Origin: a bacterium
GTDB lineage: Bacteria > Zhuqueibacterota > Zhuqueibacteria > Zhuqueibacterales > Zhuqueibacteraceae
Length of the DNA stretch: 22,569 nucleotides
NCBI GenBank assembly: GCA_044869275.1
Contig: JBIOXB010000054.1
Coordinates: forward strand, 1-22,569
Reading direction: 5' to 3'
This document shows, in pieces, positions 1-7,612 of this stretch. The translations under genes were made by a program, and so were the position numbers. Numbering within the stretch: position 1 is the first letter of the stretch; every line of letters begins with the position of its first letter. Under the pieces are notes generated by a model that worked only from the letters and a program-made list of their open reading frames with translations, was not told the DNA's origin and ran no database searches.

Positions 1-142
1 CGCCTTTGATGGACTTCACACCTTCGTTGGTGGCAAGATTGACCGTCGCCTCAGGCTGGCCCTTGGGCGCGTCGGCACTGGTCTGCGTCAATCCATGGGC
101 TGCCAACAGCGCGACAGATAATAGAGAATTACGAATCTTCAT
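1..142 (-). CDS. 5' part of an exported protein running off the window edge; possibly SMP-30/gluconolactonase family
   Basis: Not in the ORF track. Manual translation from ATG at 142 gives MKIRNSLLSVALLAAHGLTQTSADAPKGQPEATVNLATNEGVKSIKG, open to the edge. AAGGAG at 154-159; signal-peptide-like N-terminus; 27 nt downstream of the GlcG-cupin stop. The family guess rests only on recalled similarity of the 'PEATVNLATNEGVKSIKG' segment. Confidence 0.6.
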   Translation of the reverse strand, partial: MKIRNSLLSVALLAAHGLTQTSADAPKGQPEATVNLATNEGVKSIKG

Positions 143-169
143 GGCTTTGCCATCTCCTTGCGCAGAATA

Positions 170-1033
170 TCAGTTGATCGACTTTACCACGTAATAATTG
201 AACGGTGCATTGACTTCTTTGAACCAATGCGGCACGCCATGAGGCACGATAATCACATCGCCCTGCACCAGTGCGCGCGCTTCACCGCCCTCGATTGCGG
301 CGCCGCGAATCTCGCCCGGCGAAATGCTCTGGCCGTCCGTCACTTTGCCGCCGGTGACGAACGTTGCCGTACCTTCGAGCACATAAATGATGTCGGTCTC
401 ATCTTCGTGGACTTCGGCTCTGCCCGGACCGTCGCGATGACTGGCGTGAACCTTGTATTCGCCGTTTTCCAGCAGCGGTTGGCCTTTGATGAAAGCGGCG
501 GCCACGATTTTGCTGTCGAAAAAAGTCACGGCGGAAGTTGCCGTGCCATTGGCAATCGCGCTCAACGCATTCGCGCTGGCAATGGCAAGTTCTTCATCCT
601 GTTGCGCGCTGGCTGCGCCGCTCACACCGACGGCGCCGACAATCTGCCCATCGATTGTGATCGGCACACCTCCCTGCAATGGCGTGAAATCATCCAGCGC
701 CACCATGGGTGTGCGGCCTTCACGAATGATCTTTTCAAACACACTGGTCGGGCGCTTAAAAATCGCGGCGGTGCGCGCTTTGCCGATGGAAATCAAACCG
801 CCGGCAGCAAAGGTTCCGTCCAAGCGCTCGACCGCCATCAGATTGCCGCTATCATCAACAACCGCGATCACCGCGCCCGGAGCGTTCAATTCCTTTGCTT
901 TGGTAATGCCGGCAGTAATGGCTTTCTTCGCGCCAGCCAGTGTTAAAGTTGTTTTTGTCGTCGTCGATTGGGCATGAAGAACGTTCATGGTGACGCACGA
1001 CAGAATTATGAAGAAAATCTTAACGTTTTTCAT
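170..1033 (-). CDS. Exported GlcG/HbpS-family heme-binding domain fused to a C-terminal cupin domain
   Basis: GlcG/HbpS motifs (IAVVDDSGNL, GKARTAA, GGVPITIDGQIVGAVGVSGA..QQDEELA) and cupin motifs (AEVHEDETDIIYVLEG, GDVIIVPHGVPHWF). Start moved from 1108 to ATG 1033, which follows AAGGAGAG and gives the signal peptide MKNVKIFFIILSCVTMNVLHA|QS. Confidence 0.85.
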   Translation of the reverse strand: MKNVKIFFIILSCVTMNVLHAQSTTTKTTLTLAGAKKAITAGITKAKELNAPGAVIAVVDDSGNLMAVERLDGTFAAGGLISIGKARTAAIFKRPTSVFEKIIREGRTPMVALDDFTPLQGGVPITIDGQIVGAVGVSGAASAQQDEELAIASANALSAIANGTATSAVTFFDSKIVAAAFIKGQPLLENGEYKVHASHRDGPGRAEVHEDETDIIYVLEGTATFVTGGKVTDGQSISPGEIRGAAIEGGEARALVQGDVIIVPHGVPHWFKEVNAPFNYYVVKSIN

Positions 1034-1130
1034 GATTGTTGCTCTCCTTGCCGGGGGTTCTGAAAACTTCAAATCGCCAGACTTGTGCTCGAGAAGGGGC
1101 TCAGACATTGGACCCCTCCAACCTCAAAAT

Positions 1131-1167
1131 CCATCATTCCATCAATCCCATCATCCCTTTCCATCAA
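1131..1167. repeat. Short degenerate ~8-mer tandem repeat (CCATCAWT-like)
   Basis: ccatcatt ccatcaat cccatcat ... ccatcaa in the spacer between the DM13-like and GlcG-cupin genes. Confidence 0.55.
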
Positions 1168-1169
1168 GA

Positions 1170-1206
1170 CGCCGGTTGATGGAGTTTGTGACCCGATCAA
1201 CCGGCG
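1170..1206 (-). other. Intergenic stem-loop after the DM13-like gene (mRNA-stabilising hairpin or weak terminator)
   Basis: Perfect 11-bp inverted repeat cgccggttgat (1170-1180) / atcaaccggcg (1196-1206); no clear U-tract follows. Confidence 0.45.
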
Positions 1207-1223
1207 CGCTTCAATGGCAGCGC

Positions 1224-1634
1224 TTATTGCATGGTCAAAGAAACAGCCTTATCGAACGAGGCTTCACCAAGCAAAGCTTCGGCAAATGCACACCAAACTT
1301 GCACCTTGGCCACATCCTTGATGTAAGCCGGCAGCGTGATTTTGCGATTCACTTTGTCGCCTTTGATTGGAAAGCGAGCAAGCAAATAGACATTGCCCTT
1401 GGAGTCAACGACCTGCCAATGCGGATCAGGTGTGTCAGGAACAGTGAAGTCATCGGAAACCGTCAGAATGTTTTTGTCGTTTTCGACGGAATGTGTCACC
1501 GTCCCGGTGTTGGCCTTGGGGCCCGCGAATTTGCCGCTGGTGTGCGACGCCATCTTGTCTCCGGCAAAGGCGGCCGCAAACACGAGCGCGATCGCCAGAG
1601 TCAGCATCTTGCTGATTGCTGCAGGGGATTTCAT
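1224..1634 (-). CDS. Small exported DM13-like domain protein
   Basis: Start moved to ATG 1634 (AGGAGAA RBS upstream). Signal peptide ...LTLAIALVFAAAFA|GD. Beta-rich body with SGKF, DF.VPDTPD and the DM13-type C-terminal V.VWCAFAEALLGEASF with a single Cys. Confidence 0.65.
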   Translation of the reverse strand: MKSPAAISKMLTLAIALVFAAAFAGDKMASHTSGKFAGPKANTGTVTHSVENDKNILTVSDDFTVPDTPDPHWQVVDSKGNVYLLARFPIKGDKVNRKITLPAYIKDVAKVQVWCAFAEALLGEASFDKAVSLTMQ

Positions 1635-1681
1635 AGGGTTCTCCTGAATGATTGAGAGTTGAAGGTTGATTGGAATTTGAT

Positions 1682-2470
1682 TCATGATTCTTGTTTGCGA
1701 TGCCAGCAGAAGATGCAACGCTTGTCGTTTTGGTGATGCAGCTTGGCGCACATGATCCGTTCATGCCCTTGCCGCATTAGATAAACTTGCGAGGCGAGCA
1801 GCATGCCCAGGGGCGGCGCGATGAAATAAATCCACAGACTCTGCCAGATTTGGCCGGGAAAGGCCGAGCCGAAGCTGCGCGCAGGATTCATGCTCATGCC
1901 GGAAAGCGGCGCTTCGAAGGTGATATAAACCGCAACCAGCACGCCGGCGAAAACTCCGGTAAAGTTGGCGAGGCGATTGGTATTCGAGACCTGCAGAATC
2001 ATGGTCATCAAAATGAAAGTGATCGTCAGCTCAGCGAGGAACGCCAATTGCGGACCACGCGCGCCGGGAAGCGTGGCGACGTAATTGACGGAAGGATCAG
2101 CAATGATTTCGCCGAGGAATGCGAGTGCAATCAACACACCGGCGACTCCACCCAAAAATTGCGCGATGACATAAAAGAAAGCATCCCACCTCGAAACTTT
2201 GCCGAGCCGATAAAATGTCAACGTCACCGCCGGATTGAAATGCGCGCCGGACTGCTTGCCCCAGGGTGAGTAGATAATGCCGATCGCCGTGAGGCCCATG
2301 GCCAGGCCCATCAGCATTCTGCGCACGAAGGGATCAGGAATCGCCTGCCGAATCGGCGAACCGCTGTATTCCAGCAAGGCGCCGAAGCCGCATGCGGATA
2401 TCATGAAGAGGGCGAGCTCGGCGGCTTCCATCAAATATTCCGGCCAGTGAGTTTTGAGTGTTGCGAGCAT
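1682..2470 (-). CDS. MIP family channel (aquaporin-like) with a C-terminal Cys/His motif
   Basis: Two NPA boxes (SGAHFNPAVT, SGMSMNPARS), six hydrophobic segments and the tail CAKLHHQNDKRCIFC. Likely start is ATG 2470 (GAGAG upstream) rather than 2500. Confidence 0.92.
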   Translation of the reverse strand: MLATLKTHWPEYLMEAAELALFMISACGFGALLEYSGSPIRQAIPDPFVRRMLMGLAMGLTAIGIIYSPWGKQSGAHFNPAVTLTFYRLGKVSRWDAFFYVIAQFLGGVAGVLIALAFLGEIIADPSVNYVATLPGARGPQLAFLAELTITFILMTMILQVSNTNRLANFTGVFAGVLVAVYITFEAPLSGMSMNPARSFGSAFPGQIWQSLWIYFIAPPLGMLLASQVYLMRQGHERIMCAKLHHQNDKRCIFCWHRKQES

Positions 2471-2512
2471 TTTGGATTCTCTCGGTGTCTTGCTAATCAA
2501 TTTTCACAACCA

Positions 2513-2541
2513 TTGGTCGAGCGAGTCGCACGATCCTTACA
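2513..2541 (-). promoter_or_regulatory. Putative ECF sigma promoter TGTAAGG-N15-CGACCAA for the aquaporin operon
   Basis: Minus-strand read tgtaagg atcgtgcgactcgct cgaccaa, ~43 nt before the aquaporin ATG; same motif and spacing as the other copies. Confidence 0.75.
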
Positions 2542-2559
2542 AATGCGAATTATTATCGT

Positions 2560-2580
2560 CCGGACGCTCGTCGCGTCCGG
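2560..2580. promoter_or_regulatory. Palindrome between the back-to-back promoters (possible operator)
   Basis: ccggacgc-N5-gcgtccgg, a perfect 8-bp inverted repeat centred at 2570, almost midway between the two -35 boxes. Confidence 0.35.
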
Positions 2581-2594
2581 GCCGAAATCTCGCT

Positions 2595-2623
2595 TGTAAG
2601 GATTGTCCCGTTCGGGCGACGAA
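2595..2623 (+). promoter_or_regulatory. Putative ECF sigma promoter TGTAAGG-N15-CGACGAA for ndh
   Basis: tgtaagg attgtcccgttcggg cgacgaa, ~31 nt before ATG 2654. Confidence 0.75.
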
Positions 2624-2653
2624 CCTGCAAATCACGTTGCACGAGAACGCATA

Positions 2654-4045
2654 ATGCCTTACAGAATTCTTATGAATAAAAACAAAAAAACACGGATCGT
2701 CATTCTGGGCGGCGGATTTGGCGGCCTGTACACCGCCCTGCATCTTGAAAAGACGCTGGCGCGCGATCCAAATGTCGAGGTGACGCTCGTCAACAAAGAA
2801 AACTTCTTCTTGTTTACGCCCATGCTGCATGAAGTCGCAGCGAGCGATCTCGATATCACGCACATCGTCAATCCGATACGCAAGATGCTCACGCGTGTAC
2901 GCTTCTTCGATGGGGAGGTGGAGTCGATCGACTTGGCAAGAAAACGCGTCATCGTAGCTCACGGCCTCGAAGCGCAAGGGCATGACCACGTGCTGGAGTA
3001 TGATCATCTCGTGCTCGGCCTGGGCTCGATCACCAATTTCTTCAACCTGCCGGGATTGCAGGAGCGCGCGATCACCATGAAATCGCTCGGCGACGCCATT
3101 CATCTGCGCAATCGTTTGATCGAGAATCTTGAAGAGGCAGATTTCGAATGCGCCGTTGGCATGCGCGATCATCTGCTGACAGTCGTCGTGGCCGGCGGAG
3201 GGTTCGCAGGAGTGGAAACGATCGCGGGCGTCAACGATTTTATGCGTGAAGCCCTCGAGTTTTATCCGCATCTCAAAGAAATGCAAATTCGCACCGTGCT
3301 GGTCCATCCCGGCGCGGTCATCCTGCCCGAGCTAGGGGAACAATTGGGCCGCTACACACAACAAAAGCTTGCGGAACGCAAAGTGGAGATTCGCGTCAAC
3401 ACGCGGGTGAAGGGAATTTCCGAACGAGGCGTGGAACTGAGTGATGGTACAATGATCAAAGCAAGCATATTGGTTTGGACCGCTGGGACTTCGCCGCATC
3501 CACTGTTGGAAAAATTGCCGTGCCAGAAGGAAAAGGGCCGCGTGGTGGTAAATGCGTTCATGGAAGCGCCGGAATGGCCCGGCGTGTGGGCGCTTGGCGA
3601 TTGCGCAGTCGTTCCCGATCCAGAGGGTAAACCTTATCCGCCCACCGCTCAACACGCGATTCGCGCAGGAAAGGTGCTGGCGCAAAATATCATTGCGACC
3701 GTGCGCGGCGGCAAGAAGAAGCCGTTCGTGTTCAAGACGATCGGCCAGTTGGCGGCAATTGGCCGGCGCACCGGCGTCGCTCGCATTTTCGGATTCAACT
3801 TCTCGGGATTCGCGGCGTGGTGGATGTGGCGCACGATTTATCTGAGCAAGCTGCCACGGTGGGAGAAAAAACTTCGCGTGGCACTGGATTGGACGCTGGA
3901 TTTGTTCTTTTCCAAAGATCTCGTTCAGTTTGAAACCCTGCGCGCGCCTGCGGTTTCACACACGCACGAGGAGGTCCCATTCTTCAACAATAATGGCGTG
4001 AGTACTGCCATGAAGATACCACGCGAAGTGTCGCAAAGCACGTGA
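2654..4045 (+). CDS. ndh: Type II NAD(P)H:quinone oxidoreductase (NDH-2)-like flavoprotein
   Basis: Two Rossmann motifs (RIVILGGGFGG, VVVAGGGFAGVE), FLFTPMLHEVA, VWALGDCA, PPTAQHA quinone-site motif and a C-terminal amphipathic region (GFAAWWMWRTIYLSKLP). Start is ATG 2654 or 2672; the track start at 2603 lies inside the promoter motif. Confidence 0.88.
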   Translation: MPYRILMNKNKKTRIVILGGGFGGLYTALHLEKTLARDPNVEVTLVNKENFFLFTPMLHEVAASDLDITHIVNPIRKMLTRVRFFDGEVESIDLARKRVIVAHGLEAQGHDHVLEYDHLVLGLGSITNFFNLPGLQERAITMKSLGDAIHLRNRLIENLEEADFECAVGMRDHLLTVVVAGGGFAGVETIAGVNDFMREALEFYPHLKEMQIRTVLVHPGAVILPELGEQLGRYTQQKLAERKVEIRVNTRVKGISERGVELSDGTMIKASILVWTAGTSPHPLLEKLPCQKEKGRVVVNAFMEAPEWPGVWALGDCAVVPDPEGKPYPPTAQHAIRAGKVLAQNIIATVRGGKKKPFVFKTIGQLAAIGRRTGVARIFGFNFSGFAAWWMWRTIYLSKLPRWEKKLRVALDWTLDLFFSKDLVQFETLRAPAVSHTHEEVPFFNNNGVSTAMKIPREVSQST

Positions 4046-4101
4046 CAGCGATTGCGCCGCGAAATGGCTCAGGAACACCGATGCTGAAGCGGAGCAACAG
4101 T

Positions 4102-4131
4102 TGTAAGGACTTTTATCGCGTTTCCGACAAA
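4102..4131 (+). promoter_or_regulatory. Putative ECF sigma promoter TGTAAGG-N16-CGACAAA for the GMC gene
   Basis: tgtaagg acttttatcgcgtttc cgacaaa, ~49 nt before ATG 4180; spacer is 1 nt longer than in the other copies. Confidence 0.7.
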
Positions 4132-4179
4132 TGTGTGACTTGAATTCCGCAGCTCAAGAGTGATGGACAGGAGAAAATC

Positions 4180-5727
4180 ATGACTAGTGCAAATCATTTC
4201 GACGTGATCATCATTGGCAGCGGCGCGGGCGGCGGCACGCTGGCGTATCAGCTCGCGCCTTCCGGCAAAAAGATTTTGATTTTAGAGCGCGGTAATTATG
4301 TGCCGCGCGAAAAGGACAATTGGAGCACGCGCGCCGTCAACGTGCAAGCCAAATACAATACCAAAGAGGCCTGGCTTGACAAAGACGGCAAGCCGCTGCA
4401 TCCGCACACCAATTACTACGTCGGCGGCAACACGAAATTTTACGGCGCTGCGCTTTTCCGTTTGCGCCAGGAGGATTTTGGCGAGCTGAAGCATCATGGC
4501 GGCGTCTCGCCAGCGTGGCCGGTTTCGTATGATGAGCTGGAGCCATATTATACCAAGGCCGAGCATCTCTATCATGTGCATGGTGAGCGCGGCGCTGACC
4601 CCACGGAACCGTGGGCAAGCGCGCCTTATCTTTATCCCAAGGTGAGCCACGAGCCGCGCATACAACAGCTGCACGACGATCTCACCCGGCTCGGACACCA
4701 ACCGTTCCACGTGCCGCTCGGCATCATGCTCAACGAGCAGGATCGCTTGCACAGCCGCTGCATTCGTTGCGACACCTGCGACGGGCACCCCTGTTTGGTG
4801 TACGCCAAAGCCGATGCGCAAGTCGTGTGCGTCGATCCGGCGCTCAAGCATCCCAATGTTTCGATGCTCACCGAAGCCTACGTCTCGCGCCTGGAAACCA
4901 GTGCCTCCGGCCGCGAAGTGACGCAAGTACATGTCGAGCGCAACGGCGTACAAGAAACTTATTCGGCGAATGTGGTGGTGGTTTCGTGCGGCGCGATCAA
5001 CTCCGCGGCGCTGCTGCTGCGCTCTGCCAATGACAAACATCCGCGCGGCTTGGCCAATGGCTCCGACGTGGTCGGCCGCCACTATATGGGACATATCAAC
5101 TCCATCGTGCTCGCGATCTCGCAGCATCCCAATCCCTCGGTCTTTCAAAAGACCTTGGCGCTGAATGACTTTTATTTCAAATCAAAGGAATGGGATTTTC
5201 CGATGGGACATATCTCGTTTGTCGGAAAATTGGATGGTGTCACCCTCTCCGCCGGCGCGCCGCCTTTCGTGCCGGGCTTGACGCTCGACATTATGGCGAA
5301 ACACTCACTTGATTTTTGGCTCACTTCGGAAGACTTGCCTGATCCCAACAATCGTGTCGCGCTTGATCGCAAGGGCAACATCCTGCTGTCCTACACGCCC
5401 AACAATGAAGAAGGCCACAAGCGCCTGCAAGCCAAGCTCAAGAACATGCTGCGGCAGATCGAAGGCATGGAGCATATCATTCCGCTGCAGCGCTTTCTGG
5501 GGCAGCGCATCCCGTTGGCGGGCGTTGCGCATCAAAACGGCACGATTCGCTTTGGCAAAAATCCCAACACTTCGGCACTCGATGCCAATTGCCGGGCGCA
5601 TGAAGTGGATAATCTCTACGTCGTCGATGCCAGCTTCTTCCCCTCCAGCGGCGCGGTGAATCCGGCGCTGACCATCATCGCCAATGCGCTGCGCGTGGGG
5701 GATCATCTGCTGGCACGGCTGAAATAA
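4180..5727 (+). CDS. GMC-family FAD-dependent oxidoreductase
   Basis: DVIIIGSGAGGG FAD motif, VGGNTKFYGA, Cys cluster CIRCDTCDGHPC, C-terminal AHQNGT and DNLYVVDASFFPSSGAVNPALT (His/Asn catalytic pair). RBS AGGAG; no signal peptide. Confidence 0.92.
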   Translation: MTSANHFDVIIIGSGAGGGTLAYQLAPSGKKILILERGNYVPREKDNWSTRAVNVQAKYNTKEAWLDKDGKPLHPHTNYYVGGNTKFYGAALFRLRQEDFGELKHHGGVSPAWPVSYDELEPYYTKAEHLYHVHGERGADPTEPWASAPYLYPKVSHEPRIQQLHDDLTRLGHQPFHVPLGIMLNEQDRLHSRCIRCDTCDGHPCLVYAKADAQVVCVDPALKHPNVSMLTEAYVSRLETSASGREVTQVHVERNGVQETYSANVVVVSCGAINSAALLLRSANDKHPRGLANGSDVVGRHYMGHINSIVLAISQHPNPSVFQKTLALNDFYFKSKEWDFPMGHISFVGKLDGVTLSAGAPPFVPGLTLDIMAKHSLDFWLTSEDLPDPNNRVALDRKGNILLSYTPNNEEGHKRLQAKLKNMLRQIEGMEHIIPLQRFLGQRIPLAGVAHQNGTIRFGKNPNTSALDANCRAHEVDNLYVVDASFFPSSGAVNPALTIIANALRVGDHLLARLK

Positions 5728-5730
5728 GGA

Positions 5731-5822
5731 GGGAGTGGGAGATAGGGAGACAGGGAGACAAGGAGAGAGGGAGATATCGCCCCGTCACCCATTCTCCCCG
5801 TCTCCCTCTCCCTCTCACTCTC
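5731..5822. repeat. Inverted octamer repeat array (GGGAGAYA x5, then TCTCCCCG-like x4)
   Basis: gggagata gggagaca gggagaca aggagaga gggagata (5737-5776), then tcgccccg tcacccat tctccccg tctccctc (5777-5808), directly after the GMC stop; can fold into a long hairpin. Confidence 0.8.
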
Positions 5823-5875
5823 GCAGTTCAATACTTCATCGCTCGTGTTTGATTTTAAAATCTTCCAAATAAGAA

Positions 5876-7480
5876 ATGACCGCCGAACAAACAACCTACT
5901 GTCCACTATGCAAAGCTCCTGCTTCCCGCGCGCTACTCGCGCAAGGCGGTTGGATCTCGCCCGAAGCCGAGAGGCAAATGCGTCAGGCGCATCCCAGGTG
6001 GCGCCGCGCCGACGGTGCGTGCCCGGCTTGCGTGCAGCAGTATTTGCTGCAAACCTTGCTGGACAGAGGCGAAGCCGCCTTGCATGAAAGCATTCAAGCT
6101 GTATGGCCACTCGATGCTGAGGCCGCGCTTGGAGCGTTGCCGACACCGCTGCGACTGCATGCGGACCCGCGTTTTACCGGCAGAGGCATTACGCTCGCCC
6201 TGGTTGATAGCGCGTTCTATCCGCATCCGGATCTGGTGCAGCCCGTGAACCGCATTCGTGCGTGGGTTGATGCGAGCGAGCCGGCGATGCCGGCATTATA
6301 CTTTAGATCGCACGAAGCGCCGCGCTGGCCGAACTGGAATGCCGCTGCTTCCGGGCAATGGCACGGCACCATGACCAGCGTGGCCGCGGCCGGTAATGGC
6401 TGGCTGAGCCACGGGCTTTATCGCGGCCTCGCGAGCGATGCTGATCTCGTGCTCATGCAAACGATGGATCGCAACGGCCGCATTTCGAATGACAGCATCG
6501 TGCGCGCACTGCGTTGGCTACGACAGAATCACAAGGCGCTCGACCTCAAAGTCGTAAACATGTCGCTCGGCGCCGACGCGACCGGCGCGTTGCAAGAAAA
6601 TCCGATAGATGCCGAAGTCGAAGCCCTCGGCGGCGAAGGAGTAACCGTGGTTGTTGCCGCCGGCAATAACGGCGAACGCCGGTTGCTGCCGCCGGCAACC
6701 GCGCCCTCTGCACTCACCATTGGCGGACTAGATGATAAGAGCACATTCAATGATGAAGAGATCGAGCTGTGGCACAGCAATTACGGTGCATCGCTCGGGG
6801 GTGCGTTCAAGCCGGAGCTTGTCGCGCCGAGCATTTGGGTGGTCGCGCCGGTATTGCCGGAAACAGAGCTCGCCCAGGAGGCGCAAGAGCTTTTTGCGCG
6901 TCGCGCCGCGGGTGATGAGAGTTGTGAGGGCCGCATCGCAGAGTGTAAGCTCGTCACGCCGTTTTATCAACACGTCGATGGCACCAGTTTCGCCGCGCCA
7001 TTGACCGCGAGCGTCGCGGCGTGCATGCTCGAAGCCAACCCCAAGCTCTCGCCATTTCTGATTCGCGAAGCGCTGATCATGTCGGCCGAGCGGATTCAGA
7101 ACGTGCCGCGTGAGCGCCAAGGCGCCGGGGCGTTGTATGCCGGCCGTGCGCTCACGCTCGCGTTGCGCGAAAAGCACGACAAGCTCAATGGCACTGTGCT
7201 CTCGCCAGAGTTGACAGATTCGATGATGAGTTTCGTGTTGCACGATCATGACGCGAGAAAAGTTCAAGTCTTCGGCAGTTGGAATGATTGGCGCGCGGGT
7301 GTTCTCGCTCATCGAGTGGAAAAGGGGGTATGGCGCGTGAGTTATCCCTTGCCGGCAAAGGGTCGTTATCAATATAAATTTCTCGTCGACGATGAACGCT
7401 GGCGCGATGATTCTGCCAATCCTCACAAAACGCCGGATGGGTTGGGAGGATTGAATAGCGTGTTGGTAGTGATAGATTAA
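5876..7480 (+). CDS. S8 (subtilisin/AprX-like) serine peptidase with an N-terminal CxxC...CxxC motif and a C-terminal CBM48/AMPK-beta-like glycogen-binding domain
   Basis: Catalytic triad motifs ITLALVDSAFYPHPDL (Asp), WHGTMTS (His), DGTSFAAP (Ser) and oxyanion AAGNNG. C9/C12/C49/C52 at the N-terminus. C-terminal VQVFGSWNDW...GVWRV...GRYQYKFLVDDERWRDD.ANP...DGLGGLNSVL. No signal peptide. Confidence 0.9.
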   Translation: MTAEQTTYCPLCKAPASRALLAQGGWISPEAERQMRQAHPRWRRADGACPACVQQYLLQTLLDRGEAALHESIQAVWPLDAEAALGALPTPLRLHADPRFTGRGITLALVDSAFYPHPDLVQPVNRIRAWVDASEPAMPALYFRSHEAPRWPNWNAAASGQWHGTMTSVAAAGNGWLSHGLYRGLASDADLVLMQTMDRNGRISNDSIVRALRWLRQNHKALDLKVVNMSLGADATGALQENPIDAEVEALGGEGVTVVVAAGNNGERRLLPPATAPSALTIGGLDDKSTFNDEEIELWHSNYGASLGGAFKPELVAPSIWVVAPVLPETELAQEAQELFARRAAGDESCEGRIAECKLVTPFYQHVDGTSFAAPLTASVAACMLEANPKLSPFLIREALIMSAERIQNVPRERQGAGALYAGRALTLALREKHDKLNGTVLSPELTDSMMSFVLHDHDARKVQVFGSWNDWRAGVLAHRVEKGVWRVSYPLPAKGRYQYKFLVDDERWRDDSANPHKTPDGLGGLNSVLVVID

Positions 7481-7504
7481 TTAGAAGCTCATGGTTTTGT
7501 GCCC

Positions 7505-7582
7505 CTACTCCTACTCATCCTCTCACTCGTTTTTGAAAAATATTGAACACCGAGTAAGAGTAAAAGTATGGGGACGAGTAAG
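7505..7582. repeat. Inverted hexamer repeat array (CTACTC-like / GAGTAR-like)
   Basis: ctactc ctactc atcctc tcactc ... cgagta agagta aaagta tgggga cgagta in the peptidase-VOC spacer. Confidence 0.65.
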
Positions 7583-7612
7583 TGCTGGAGGCATAAAGCA
7601 AAAGGAGTTCTC

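Noticed and set aside
5711..5725. TGGCACGG upstream of the peptidase as a sigma54 -24 box
   Set aside because: No TTGC at -12, and it lies within the GMC coding end.
7553..7581. AGTAAGA-N15-CGAGTAA as another copy of the ECF-type promoter upstream of the VOC gene
   Set aside because: Three mismatches, and both boxes are units of the hexamer repeat, so the match may be coincidental; not counted, though not excluded.
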